64,000 nucleotides of DNA, taken from NCBI GenBank assembly GCA_964564675.1, contig CAZMBI010000010.1:7-64006 (forward strand), in the 5' to 3' direction. Origin of the DNA: an uncultured Azospirillaceae bacterium (GTDB lineage Bacteria; Pseudomonadota; Alphaproteobacteria; Rickettsiales; UBA3002). Below are positions 36,800 through 46,272 of the stretch, piece by piece. A program made the translations under genes and the position numbers. Positions within the stretch are counted from its first letter, which is position 1. Every line of letters begins with the position of its first letter. The notes beneath the pieces are model-generated. The model did no database searches. It saw only the letters and a list, made by a program, of their open reading frames with translations, and was not told the origin of the DNA.

Positions 36800-37363
36800 C
36801 TACTGGTTTTCCTCGGGAATGAACAGCCCTTTTACACGTCCGGAGCCGCTGCCGCCGCCCGGCGCGTTGAGGATACTCTTGCCGGTGGCAAGATTATATA
36901 CCAGATCATTGCCTGTTAACACGTTCTGTCCGCGCGTGAGTACCACGTTTTGCGTCATGGTGATGGTGCCGCCATCAACGTCATAATTGGCTCTTGCTGA
37001 CTGCGCGGTTTCTTCCGGGCTGGTGAACAGCACCTCACCCTCGGCGATGATGCGCGAGATCCCGCGCGCGGCCATGGCACCGCCGGCGCTGCCGCCGGTT
37101 TCATTGCTGCCGCCCTTGTAAAACACCGTCATGCGCTGGGATTTCATGTTGATATCACCCTGCCGCGCCATCACGTTGCCTGTAAAAATCGCCTGCTGTT
37201 CGTTTTGCCGCACCTCCAGCGTGTCGGCAGTGATTTCAATCGGCTGGTTCGTGTTATGTGCCGGGCTCGGGGCTTGCGCCATGCCCGGCGCACTGCTCAG
37301 CAACCCGGCCAGCAGTCCTATGATCGCCACCGCCAGTCCCATACGCTGCACCCTATTCACCAT
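36800..37363 (-). CDS. lptA: LPS transport periplasmic protein
   Basis: Signal peptide, PIEITADTLE, FTGNV..RQG, GRVKGLF; synteny. Confidence 0.88.
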   Translation of the reverse strand: MVNRVQRMGLAVAIIGLLAGLLSSAPGMAQAPSPAHNTNQPIEITADTLEVRQNEQQAIFTGNVMARQGDINMKSQRMTVFYKGGSNETGGSAGGAMAARGISRIIAEGEVLFTSPEETAQSARANYDVDGGTITMTQNVVLTRGQNVLTGNDLVYNLATGKSILNAPGGGSGSGRVKGLFIPEENQ

Positions 37364-38015
37364 TCGTCCTCACTTTCAGCACCACGCCGTTAATAAACTG
37401 CAATGTCCCGTCACCGTGGCGCAGGATGAAGCCATTTGCCTCCAGTTCGCCGGTCGGGCCGAAGCCGGTAACTTTGTCCTCGCCACGGGCAACCCGCGTG
37501 TTCATATCGATATCCACCGTTTGCGTCTGAAACTCATAACCGTCCTGATGGAACAGGCGCACATTATCGCGCAGCTGCATGGTTTTCGCCTCGTTATCAA
37601 TAGTGCCTTTATCGGCTTTTACGCTCAGCCACGTATTATCCTGCGTTAACAAGTCGGCCTGTACATTCTTCAGGACAATCGTCTGATCATCCTGCTGTAG
37701 GGCGGAGTCGGCGGTCACCAGATAGGGCTGATTTTTATCGTCCACTCCCTGAAAAGACGGGTTGGTCATCACCGGCATGGTCTGGGTGTTATCATTGACG
37801 GTGGAAAAGGCGATACGCAGGCCTTCTTCGTCGGCATTGATCACCGGCAGTACGATAATAGCCAGAATGAGCAGCGCCGACAGCGCGCCCAAGAACATCT
37901 TGCTGAACAGGACAAACCGCGTATAGCGCGTGATGGACCCAAGCAGATATTCCGCGTCGCGCCGGCCTAGCCGGTGCTTAGGTTTGCCCAGGATGGGTTT
38001 TTCAATACTTGCCAT
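37353..38015 (-). CDS. lptC: LPS export protein LptC
   Basis: Single TM, MTNPSFQGVD...PY.VTA..A; between kdsD and lptA. Confidence 0.85.
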   Translation of the reverse strand: MASIEKPILGKPKHRLGRRDAEYLLGSITRYTRFVLFSKMFLGALSALLILAIIVLPVINADEEGLRIAFSTVNDNTQTMPVMTNPSFQGVDDKNQPYLVTADSALQQDDQTIVLKNVQADLLTQDNTWLSVKADKGTIDNEAKTMQLRDNVRLFHQDGYEFQTQTVDIDMNTRVARGEDKVTGFGPTGELEANGFILRHGDGTLQFINGVVLKVRTNGE

Positions 38016-38038
38016 GACTGCCTCATACCTCAGTATGC

Positions 38039-39025
38039 TTACACAATACCGGCACGCAGACAATCGTGAATATGCAGGATACCAACTGGCTGACGCGCGT
38101 CATTGACGACGAATAAGCAGGTGATCGCCTTGCGATTCATGATGCCAAGCGCCTCGGCGGCCAGCATACGCGGGTGGGCGGTCACCGGGTGTTCGGTCAT
38201 CACCTCGCCCGCCGTTTTGTTCAGCAGGTTGCCGGCCATGTGACGGCGCAAATCGCCGTCGGTGATAATCCCCTGCAGCGCCTTGTCCTTAACCACGCCG
38301 ACACAGCCGAAACGCTTGGCCGTCATCTCCAGCAGCACCGCATCCATCGTCTGCTCGGGCCCGGTCAGCGGCAATTCGTCCGCGCCGTGCATCAGGCCTT
38401 CCACATGCAAAAAGGCCTGACCAAGCTTGCCGCCGGGATGATAAATTCCGAATTCCTCACGGGTGAAGCCGCGCCGCTCCAGCAGCGCCATGGCCAGCGC
38501 GTCGCCATAGGCCAACATCATGATGGTCGAGGTGGTCGGCGCGCCGGTGGGCGAAGCCTCCGGCACTTCCGGCAGAACAATGGCAATATCGGCAGCCTCC
38601 ACCAGCATCGATCCACTGCGGCGCACCAACGCAATCAGCGGGATGGAAAAGCGCCGGGTGTAAGTGATGATATCATGCAGCTCGGCGGTTTCCCCGGAGT
38701 TGGACAGTAGCAACACCGCGTCATCGCCGGTAATCATGCCCAGATCGCCGTGACTGGCCTCGCTGGGATGAACAAAATGCGCCGGTGTGCCGGTGGAGGC
38801 AAATGTCGCCGCCATTTTGCGCGCGATATGGCCGCTTTTGCCCATGCCGCTGACGATCAGCCGCCCATTCAGCCCGGCAACGGTGTGCAGGGTCTCGATA
38901 AAGCGGCCGTCAAGCGCATCGGAGACCGCCTGCAGGCCCTGCATCTCCTGCGCAATGACGGCGCGGGCACTGGCCAGCAGATTATCATCTGCGGGAGAGA
39001 CTGGTTGGAAGTTGGCTAGCATCAT
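38039..39025 (-). CDS. kdsD: Arabinose-5-phosphate isomerase
   Basis: GMGKSGH, STGTPA, EASHGDLG, APTTST, HPGGKLG, CBS pair. Confidence 0.95.
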   Translation of the reverse strand: MMLANFQPVSPADDNLLASARAVIAQEMQGLQAVSDALDGRFIETLHTVAGLNGRLIVSGMGKSGHIARKMAATFASTGTPAHFVHPSEASHGDLGMITGDDAVLLLSNSGETAELHDIITYTRRFSIPLIALVRRSGSMLVEAADIAIVLPEVPEASPTGAPTTSTIMMLAYGDALAMALLERRGFTREEFGIYHPGGKLGQAFLHVEGLMHGADELPLTGPEQTMDAVLLEMTAKRFGCVGVVKDKALQGIITDGDLRRHMAGNLLNKTAGEVMTEHPVTAHPRMLAAEALGIMNRKAITCLFVVNDARQPVGILHIHDCLRAGIV

Positions 39026-39640
39026 CTATACATGCGCAAAAATATCCACATCGCCCCATCCGGCCAGATCCAGCTCGGCGCGGGCCGGTAGGCAGGCAAA
39101 CAGCTTATGCGCCAGCTCCGTTCTATCCTCGCGCGCCAGGCGCTCATTGAAGGCATCCCGCAACGCGTGCAGGTAGAGCACATCAGCGGCGGCATAATCG
39201 ATCTGCTCGCGGCTCAGGCTCGGCGCGCCCCAGTCGGAGGATTGCTGTTGTTTGGAAATCTCCTGACCGAGCAATTCCTTGCACACATCCTTAAAGCCGT
39301 GCTTGTCGGTGTAGGTGCGCACCAGCCGCGAGGCGATTTTCGTACAATAGACCGGCGCGCACCACACACCGAGATAATGGCGGATAATAGCCAGATCGAA
39401 GCGCGCGAAATGAAACAGCTTGGTGCGCCCGGCATCACCCAACAGGGCGGTGAGATTGGGCGCGTCATATACGCCGGGAGCAAACTGCACGAGGTGGGCG
39501 TCACCGTTGCCGTCGGAAAGCTGCACCACGCACAGCCGGTCACGCCCCGGCTGTAGCCCCATGGCCTCGCTGTCTACTGCAACATCGCCTTTCAGCTGCA
39601 CATCGCCCGGCAAATCGCCGTGATGAAGGTAATTGGTCAT
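39026..39640 (-). CDS. rnd: Short RNase D-like 3'-5' exonuclease
   Basis: AVDSEAMGL..RDRLC, FHFARFD, SKQQQSSDWG, YAAADV, DIFAH. Confidence 0.88.
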   Translation of the reverse strand: MTNYLHHGDLPGDVQLKGDVAVDSEAMGLQPGRDRLCVVQLSDGNGDAHLVQFAPGVYDAPNLTALLGDAGRTKLFHFARFDLAIIRHYLGVWCAPVYCTKIASRLVRTYTDKHGFKDVCKELLGQEISKQQQSSDWGAPSLSREQIDYAAADVLYLHALRDAFNERLAREDRTELAHKLFACLPARAELDLAGWGDVDIFAHV

Positions 39641-39707
39641 ATCGTTTCCTTTTTCTTAAACCCCATAGCCGTGCCGAACGCTATTGTCAAAGCGGCAATG
39701 CTCGCGC

Positions 39708-40598
39708 TTAAGCAAAATCCTCCAGCGTAAAGCGGTAGGCCTGGTTGCAAAACTGGCAGCGGGCCTCGATGGTGCCGTCTTCGGCCATCTCCTCGCGGCT
39801 GGGCGGCGGCATGCTTTGCAGCGTCTCGGCAATCTTGGCGCGCGAGCAGCGACACGCGGCGTTGAGTTCCACCGGATCATAGACCCACACGCCGTCTTCA
39901 TGAAACAGCCGGTACAATACATCATGCAGCGGCAACTGGCTGTCGAGCAATTCGGCGTCGCTGAGCGTATTCAGCAGGGCCTGCACGCGCATCCAGGCAT
40001 CGCCCGGCTGCTCGCCGATATCCTCCGGCATCCGCTCAATATAGATGCCCGAGGCGATCCACTGCGGACGCTCTTTGCCGGGTTCCTCGCGCGTACCGAT
40101 GGCTACATGAAAACGTGCCTGCAGCTGCTGCGACTGCGTGAAATAATGCTGCACGGTCTCGGTGATGGAGCCGCCTTCCAGCGGCACCACCCCCTGATAA
40201 CGCTGCCCGCCCTCGCCCGGATCGAGCGTGATGGCTAAACAGCCGTCTTCGAAGAGTCGGGGTAACGGCTGTCTGGGCTCATCGCTCAGCCGCTCGGCAT
40301 CGAATCCCGCATAGCCGCGCAGATTGCCGCCATGGGCTGCATCCACCACCAGCAACCTTACCGGGCCCTTGCTTTGCATCTGAATGGTGAGCACGCCCTC
40401 GGTTTTGAGATTGGATGCCAGCATGGCGGCAACGACCAGTGTTTCGGCCAGCAACTCACCAACCACCGGCGGGTAGCGGTGACGCGCCACAATGGTATCA
40501 ACCGCATCTTCCAGCCGCACGATGCGCCCGCGCACCGGCGCGTCGTGAATCATGAACGGAACGAGTTGATTTTGTGGGGAATGCGCTGTATCTGCCAT
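39708..40598 (-). CDS. hslO: Hsp33 redox-regulated chaperone
   Basis: VRGRIVRL, RYQGVVPL, YFTQSQQ, CRCS...CQFC. Confidence 0.93.
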   Translation of the reverse strand: MADTAHSPQNQLVPFMIHDAPVRGRIVRLEDAVDTIVARHRYPPVVGELLAETLVVAAMLASNLKTEGVLTIQMQSKGPVRLLVVDAAHGGNLRGYAGFDAERLSDEPRQPLPRLFEDGCLAITLDPGEGGQRYQGVVPLEGGSITETVQHYFTQSQQLQARFHVAIGTREEPGKERPQWIASGIYIERMPEDIGEQPGDAWMRVQALLNTLSDAELLDSQLPLHDVLYRLFHEDGVWVYDPVELNAACRCSRAKIAETLQSMPPPSREEMAEDGTIEARCQFCNQAYRFTLEDFA

Positions 40599-40645
40599 GG
40601 CGCTTAGGCATAGCGGCCATAGTGCGGCTGTCAACCATTCAGGCG

Positions 40646-41206
40646 CTAAAAGCGTGGCATCAACACCGCCGGATTGCGCCCACGGGCAAGGGCGGCGGCA
40701 CTGGTATCCCCGCGACCGGGCGCAATCACCCGGCTGCCGCTTTCCCCCTCTGCCTGATAGGCGGTATTGGGCAGCACTTTCACCGACTGCTCGACCGTGC
40801 CGTCGTCTTTGACATAGGGCGCTTCATTGACGAAAAACGGAGTGACTTGACCGCTCTCAAAGGCGCGCGGAGTCGCCGGCTTCACCGGCACCGCCTCAAA
40901 GGTCGTGTGGGTGACCGGGCGCATTGGAGCATGAAGGGGCGGCTCGCCCTGATAGCCGACCAGACGGTTGGTGATACCCGGCTGCGGGCGGTCATAGCAG
41001 ATAATATCGCTGAGTGCGTGGTAGCAATAGCCCTCCTGCGGCAGTTGCGGCGTGTCCGGTGGCGGGTTATAACGTGTATATTCCTGTACTTTTTCCGCTG
41101 AGTTATAAATCCCGCTGCGGACATAATGCGAGGCGCGCTCGGTATTCTCCACGATGGGGGTGCACGCGCTTACTGCCAGCACTACGATAATCCAGCCATA
41201 ATTCAT
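40646..41206 (-). CDS. Hypothetical lipoprotein
   Basis: Lipobox VSAC, YCYHALSDIICY motif. Confidence 0.7.
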   Translation of the reverse strand: MNYGWIIVVLAVSACTPIVENTERASHYVRSGIYNSAEKVQEYTRYNPPPDTPQLPQEGYCYHALSDIICYDRPQPGITNRLVGYQGEPPLHAPMRPVTHTTFEAVPVKPATPRAFESGQVTPFFVNEAPYVKDDGTVEQSVKVLPNTAYQAEGESGSRVIAPGRGDTSAAALARGRNPAVLMPRF

Positions 41207-42075
41207 TGTCTGCTCCCTTGTTCCTCGGTAAGTAATGCCGTCAGCCCGTCTTTATAGGTCGGATATGCAAGTTTCATACCTAAATCGGCTTTGAGCTTAT
41301 CGTTGCGCACGCGGCGGTTGGCGGCATAAAAACTACGCATCATGGGCGACATGTCGGCCGTGGCGAACGGCTCCGGCGGCGGAGGCGGCACGCCAAGCAA
41401 TTCACAGGCATAGCTTATTACCGCCTCCGCTTCGGCGGGCAGATCATCGCAGACATTGACAATCTGATCACCCTGCCCGCTGGCCATGGCATGCAAAACG
41501 GCGGTGGCGATATCGGCCACATGTACGCGGGAAAACTGCACCCCTGAGCCGACAATCCGGCGCGCGCGGCCATCCAGCACCTGGCGGAGAGCGTTGCGCC
41601 CCGGCCCGTAAATCCCGGCCAGCCGGAAAATATGAAGCGGCACGCGCCGCCGCCCGGCCAGAAACTGCCAGTCCCGTTCCGCATCGCGGCGCGCCTGTGT
41701 GCGTGCATCATGCGGGTTGGCCGGCGTGGTTTCATCAACCCACGCACCGCCGCAATCGCCGTAAACCCCGGTGGAAGATAAATAGCCGATCCATTGCAGA
41801 TTGGGCAGCGGCCAGTCGGCAATGCGCCGCAGGGCGTTCGCCTGACCGTCGCCGGGCGGCACGGAAATCAACAGATGGGTAGCCGGCTCGGCCCATACCG
41901 CCGCCGCCTGATCGGTCTGCTTCATGCGGATATCCTGCGCTTCATAGCGGGCGATCGTATCCGCATTGCGGCTCAGGCCGCTGATCTGCCAGCCTGCCGC
42001 CTGCAGCCGCGCGGCACAATAACCGGCGCTGTAGCCCATACCGTAGATGAGGCAATGCCGTGATTGATTCTGCAT
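41203..42075 (-). CDS. NAD-dependent epimerase/atypical SDR
   Basis: GMGYSA, YLSSTGVYGD, RLAGIYGPGR, SRVHVADIA, YPTY. Confidence 0.88.
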   Translation of the reverse strand: MQNQSRHCLIYGMGYSAGYCAARLQAAGWQISGLSRNADTIARYEAQDIRMKQTDQAAAVWAEPATHLLISVPPGDGQANALRRIADWPLPNLQWIGYLSSTGVYGDCGGAWVDETTPANPHDARTQARRDAERDWQFLAGRRRVPLHIFRLAGIYGPGRNALRQVLDGRARRIVGSGVQFSRVHVADIATAVLHAMASGQGDQIVNVCDDLPAEAEAVISYACELLGVPPPPPEPFATADMSPMMRSFYAANRRVRNDKLKADLGMKLAYPTYKDGLTALLTEEQGSRQ

Positions 42076-42098
42076 GCGCGCCACGATACATAAGAGCG

Positions 42099-42773
42099 AT
42101 GGCGCGAACAATCTCAATCATGCGGGTATGTTGGCTGTGCCTCGGGCTCGCCTTGCTTCCGCTTTCCCCGAGCCAGGCGATTTCTACCTCCAAAACCTAT
42201 CGTGAATGCGCCGAAAAGGTGCGCAGCGATCCCCAAGCCGCGTTTGCTCAGTCGGAACAATGGGCGCGTGAAGCCAATACGCCCTCCGCGCAGCATTGCT
42301 ATGCCATGGCGTTGTTCGCCCTCAAGCGTTACGGCGATGCCGCCCGACAACTGGAGAAGCTGAGCCTGATGATGGCTGACGGCAACCTGACGCTGTGGGC
42401 CAATATCCTGCGGCAGGCGGGCCGCGCGTGGGAACTGGGCGGCGACAACAAACGCGCCATCACGGTGCTTACCAAAGCCATCGCCCGCACCGCCGAGCGC
42501 GGCATCTCCGACCCGGTGATGGGACGCGTCGCCGCTGATTTGCTCACGGCGCGCGGTCGCCTGCACGGCAAAGGCGGTCGCGATTTATATGCCATTCAGG
42601 ATCTGGATCATGCCCTCACCCTGCGCCCCGGTCATGAAGAGGCGCTGCTGACGCGGGCGGCCATCTTTATCGCGCGGCGCGATACGCCGCTGGCACGCGC
42701 CGATCTCAACCGGTTGCTGCAGGACACGCCCAACCACCCCGAGGCCACGCGCCTGCTGAAAAAACTCCGTTGA
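42099..42773 (+). CDS. Exported TPR-repeat protein
   Basis: Signal-like N-terminus, AQHCYAMAL, QAGRAW, TPR-like helices. Confidence 0.72.
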   Translation: MARTISIMRVCWLCLGLALLPLSPSQAISTSKTYRECAEKVRSDPQAAFAQSEQWAREANTPSAQHCYAMALFALKRYGDAARQLEKLSLMMADGNLTLWANILRQAGRAWELGGDNKRAITVLTKAIARTAERGISDPVMGRVAADLLTARGRLHGKGGRDLYAIQDLDHALTLRPGHEEALLTRAAIFIARRDTPLARADLNRLLQDTPNHPEATRLLKKLR

Positions 42774-42796
42774 GTGCAAGGTCAGTACAAACGGAC

Positions 42797-43699
42797 CTAT
42801 GCCAGAGCCTGTGCCAGACGGGTCGGCATCACCCACCAGTCGGGATGGGTCTGCTCAAAGCCGTAGGCCGCCCGGGCGCAGGCATCCGCGTCATCGAACA
42901 GGCCGAAACAGGCCGAACCGCTGCCGCACAGCCGCGCCAACCCGCAGCCGAACTGCGTTTCCATCTCCAGCAAAACCTGCATAACCTCAGCGCAACAGCT
43001 AATGGCGGCGCGTTGCAGATCGTTGCGGGTGCCGCTCAGGCTTTCGATAAACGCCTCTTCGGATGTCAAATCCAGAGCCAGTTCCGGCGTCGGCCGCGCC
43101 TCGTGGCGATAGGCGGCATAGACATCGGCGGTGGCCAGGGATTGCGGCGGCTTCACCAGCAACACCGGACACGCCGGCAGCGTTACATCCAGCGCGCTGA
43201 TTTCTTCGCCAACACCCGCCATCATCGCCGGTTTGCCGACCCAGCAGACCGGCAGGTCGGCCCCCAGCGGCAACAACAGCTCAATCGCCCGCGGAATGGG
43301 CAGCATCACGCCCCATTGCGCGCACAACAAGCGCAATACGGTGGCGGCATCGCTGGAACCGCCGCCCAAACCGGCACCGACGGGAATCTGTTTATCCAGC
43401 GTAATGGCGGCGCCTGCGTCGGTGCCGGCATATGTCTGCAAAATCCGGGCGGCGCGCATGATCAGGTTGTCCTCGCCTGCCGGCACCTCATGTGCGAACG
43501 GGCCGTCAACGGTAAGCGACAGTTCGTCCGCCGGCGTCACCGTGAGCGCATCGCCGAAATCCGTAAACGCCACCAGGCTGTCCAGCAGGTGATAGCCGTC
43601 GTCGCGGGTGCCGGTGATATGCAAGGTCAGATTGAGTTTGGCCGGGGCGGTTGCGGTGAGCATGCCGTAAGGCATAGCCTCTTCTGCCGTCTCAGACAA
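42797..43699 (-). CDS. ispE: 4-diphosphocytidyl-2-C-methyl-D-erythritol kinase (start may be slightly downstream)
   Basis: APAKLNLTLH, GYH.L, IPVGAGLGGGSSDAA, LGADLP, GSGS. Confidence 0.95.
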   Translation of the reverse strand: MSETAEEAMPYGMLTATAPAKLNLTLHITGTRDDGYHLLDSLVAFTDFGDALTVTPADELSLTVDGPFAHEVPAGEDNLIMRAARILQTYAGTDAGAAITLDKQIPVGAGLGGGSSDAATVLRLLCAQWGVMLPIPRAIELLLPLGADLPVCWVGKPAMMAGVGEEISALDVTLPACPVLLVKPPQSLATADVYAAYRHEARPTPELALDLTSEEAFIESLSGTRNDLQRAAISCCAEVMQVLLEMETQFGCGLARLCGSGSACFGLFDDADACARAAYGFEQTHPDWWVMPTRLAQALA

Positions 43700-43764
43700 G
43701 CAAATGCCAGTACGCCGCCGATGTTTTCCGCGACGACCTCCGCCGAACGTGCCGGTGCGGCGGA

Positions 43765-45621
43765 TTAATCGGTCTTCACATTCGACTGATTGAGGGAGTG
43801 GGCAGCGGCCACCGGCGCGGTCTTCGGTCCGTCCGCCTGTTTCACCAGCGCTTCAAACGGTGGCAGGCCCTGCTCCAGCTTAGCGCGGACCGCCGCTTCA
43901 TCATCGGGCTCAAACTGCAGGGCACGACGCCACTGGAATTTAGCCTCGATCTGTCGGCCCACGCGCCAATAGGCATCACCGAGATGATCGTTAATGGTGG
44001 GATCCTGCGGGCTCAGTTCGGCGGCTTCTTCCAGATAGCCCACCGCTTCGTCAAACTCACCCATCACATAATGCGTCCAGCCCATTGAGTCGATGATATG
44101 CGCATCCACCGGTCGCTGCTCATAGGCCTGCTCGATGTAATCGCGCGCCTGAGACAGATGCTCGCCGCGCACCAGCCAACTATAACCTAGATAGTTCAGC
44201 ACGTCCGGCTGGCCCGGCTCCAGTTCCAACGCCTGTTTAAAATCCTGCTCGGCGCGCTCCCACTGGTCGCTGCGCTCGTAACAAATCGCCCGCAAATACC
44301 ACAAGCCCCAATGATACGCCTGCACCGTATCCAGCCGGTCAATGGCACGGCTGTAAGCCTCGATAGCCGGCTCAAACTGTTTATTCGAACGGTAAATATC
44401 ACCCAGTGTAATCAGCGCCTGGGTATCGTCGGCATCCGTTTCTGCCTGTTTTTTGAGCAGGTGAATTGCTTTGGCTTTCTGACCGAGCGCCTCATAATTC
44501 AACGCCTGACGTACCAGCCCGCGCCGATAAAAGACCGTACCCGGCTTGATGGACCGATACACTGCCAGCGCACCCTCATAATTTTCCATCTGCTCAAGCA
44601 CATTGGCCAGCATCAGCTGCGCCGGAGGCAGATCGTCCCGCAGATAAAGCGCCAGGCGCAGATAAATCAGCGATTCACGCGTCACGTCCTCGCCGAACAA
44701 CAGGCTGGCCGTGGTAAACAGCAGTTCGGCCACGCCCTGTTTGGGCGTTTCTACAACCGGGGTAATCGCCATCGGCTCGCGGTTAATATCCGGCACCTGC
44801 TTCGGCACCAGTTGCGAGGTGGGGTTGTGCTCGGCATACTGAGCATACACAGCTTTGGCTTTTTCCCGATTACCGGCGCGGAGGTGATGATTACTCAGCG
44901 CCTGCACCAGCCGATAGGGCATGGTCAGCGGATCGTCCACGGCCTTCTGATAATGCGCCAGCGCCACGTCGCGCTCACCGACCATGTCATTCATCAGCGC
45001 CACCTGATAGTGCATGAAATTCGCCATAAAGCCGGCATGGGTGGTGTTATCCCCCAACGTTACCGTTTCGCCGCCATAGGGCGCGCGGCCAAGCGCCAGC
45101 CATTTGTCCATGGCCGGGCCGATAATCTCCAGCATGCCGGGCGTGCCGGCGGCTTTGTCCAGCAAGGCGGCGGCCTTTTCATAACCTCCCTGCTTGACGG
45201 CATGGGTGATGGACACCATCAACGCCAGCGAGTCGCTGCGTTCGCTTTGCATCACGCGTTCGGCCACCTCGGCGGCTTTTTCTGTACGTCCGGCGGCAAC
45301 CAGCGTGCGCAACGCATGCCGCAGCAGCAGAATATCATCGGGTGCGCGCTCAAGCAACGCAATCATATGCTCGGCAGAAACATCAAAGGCATTTTGGGAT
45401 TCCGCAAAGCGGCTGGCCAGGTAATATCCGGTTGTGCTGGAGCCGCGATAACCGCTGTAATCGACCTCACCGGTCACCGCCGAAATCAGGCGCGGCTTCA
45501 TGTCCTGCCCGTGCCCGTCTAACGAAAGGGAGACCCCAAGCCATGCCCCGGCCCCGAAACCGGCCACCGCCAGCGCCAGCACGAGACGCCAGGTACGCAA
45601 AGAATAACATGTTAGATTCAT
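43765..45621 (-). CDS. Exported TPR-repeat protein upstream of ispE
   Basis: LNYLGYSW, IIDSMGW, INDHLGDAYW..GR..EAKFQW. Confidence 0.88.
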   Translation of the reverse strand: MNLTCYSLRTWRLVLALAVAGFGAGAWLGVSLSLDGHGQDMKPRLISAVTGEVDYSGYRGSSTTGYYLASRFAESQNAFDVSAEHMIALLERAPDDILLLRHALRTLVAAGRTEKAAEVAERVMQSERSDSLALMVSITHAVKQGGYEKAAALLDKAAGTPGMLEIIGPAMDKWLALGRAPYGGETVTLGDNTTHAGFMANFMHYQVALMNDMVGERDVALAHYQKAVDDPLTMPYRLVQALSNHHLRAGNREKAKAVYAQYAEHNPTSQLVPKQVPDINREPMAITPVVETPKQGVAELLFTTASLLFGEDVTRESLIYLRLALYLRDDLPPAQLMLANVLEQMENYEGALAVYRSIKPGTVFYRRGLVRQALNYEALGQKAKAIHLLKKQAETDADDTQALITLGDIYRSNKQFEPAIEAYSRAIDRLDTVQAYHWGLWYLRAICYERSDQWERAEQDFKQALELEPGQPDVLNYLGYSWLVRGEHLSQARDYIEQAYEQRPVDAHIIDSMGWTHYVMGEFDEAVGYLEEAAELSPQDPTINDHLGDAYWRVGRQIEAKFQWRRALQFEPDDEAAVRAKLEQGLPPFEALVKQADGPKTAPVAAAHSLNQSNVKTD

Positions 45622-45712
45622 CGAAATAATGCTTGCCTCCTAGCATAATTTAACTAATATCCCGATGTTTTCCAACCACTATTGTGTCGTTTTTTAAACG
45701 TATGAGGATGCA

Positions 45713-45898
45713 ATGAGCAGTAAGAATAATCCCGAAATGCGCGGCAAGCTAACGGAATTGCGTAAATTTAATGGCAAAGTCGTGAAACCGGTGCTGTATA
45801 TCAATGGCAGCAAACGCTACATGGCCGGCATGTTTGAGGACGGGGAATTCGCCATTGACCCGCGGTCGGGCTTTCCGGTACCTTACAAACAAATTTAG
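45713..45898 (+). CDS. Small hypothetical protein (61 aa)
   Basis: GAGGA SD before ATG; GK.VKPVLY, YMAG, P.PYKQI; protein-like composition. Confidence 0.65.
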   Translation: MSSKNNPEMRGKLTELRKFNGKVVKPVLYINGSKRYMAGMFEDGEFAIDPRSGFPVPYKQI

Positions 45899-46116
45899 TG
45901 GATTTTGATTTTAAACGATTTATTGCCATTTTTCTGGCCATATCGCTGCTTTCCACCTGTCACGGGAAACCGCGCCCCGAAGGCCGGTGGGAACGCGTGT
46001 GGACGAAGTTCGATCATTATACCGACGACGACTCGCAAGAAAAAGAACCGGGCCTGCCGCTGGAGCCGGGCAGGCCTTGTGTCAGTTCCGAAGTGGGCGA
46101 ACCCGGTTGTGATTAA
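45898..46116 (+). CDS. Small exported or lipoprotein-like hypothetical protein
   Basis: TAGTG coupling with the previous ORF; hydrophobic N-terminus ending LLSTC. Confidence 0.5.
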   Translation: MDFDFKRFIAIFLAISLLSTCHGKPRPEGRWERVWTKFDHYTDDDSQEKEPGLPLEPGRPCVSSEVGEPGCD

Positions 46117-46202
46117 TCCTGTTTACCAGCGGGCCAGGCGCGCCTGTTAAAGACACGGCGCACGTTCCGGCTGTGTTGACCTGTCCCCAGCCCGCCGATC
46201 GA

Positions 46203-46230
46203 TTGACGACACACCCCGAAACAGCTATGT
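46203..46230 (+). promoter_or_regulatory. Putative sigma-70 promoter of gltA
   Basis: TTGACG ... GCTATGT, resembling the alphaproteobacterial consensus; GGGAG SD at 46263. Confidence 0.45.
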
Positions 46231-46272
46231 TGCTATGCATCTAAAATAATAACATCTTGTCTGGGAGTACTT

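Noticed and set aside
42770..45522. Long plus-strand ORFs 42770-43768 and 44311-45522
   Set aside because: Antisense shadows of ispE and the TPR gene, as expected in GC-rich DNA; no motifs.
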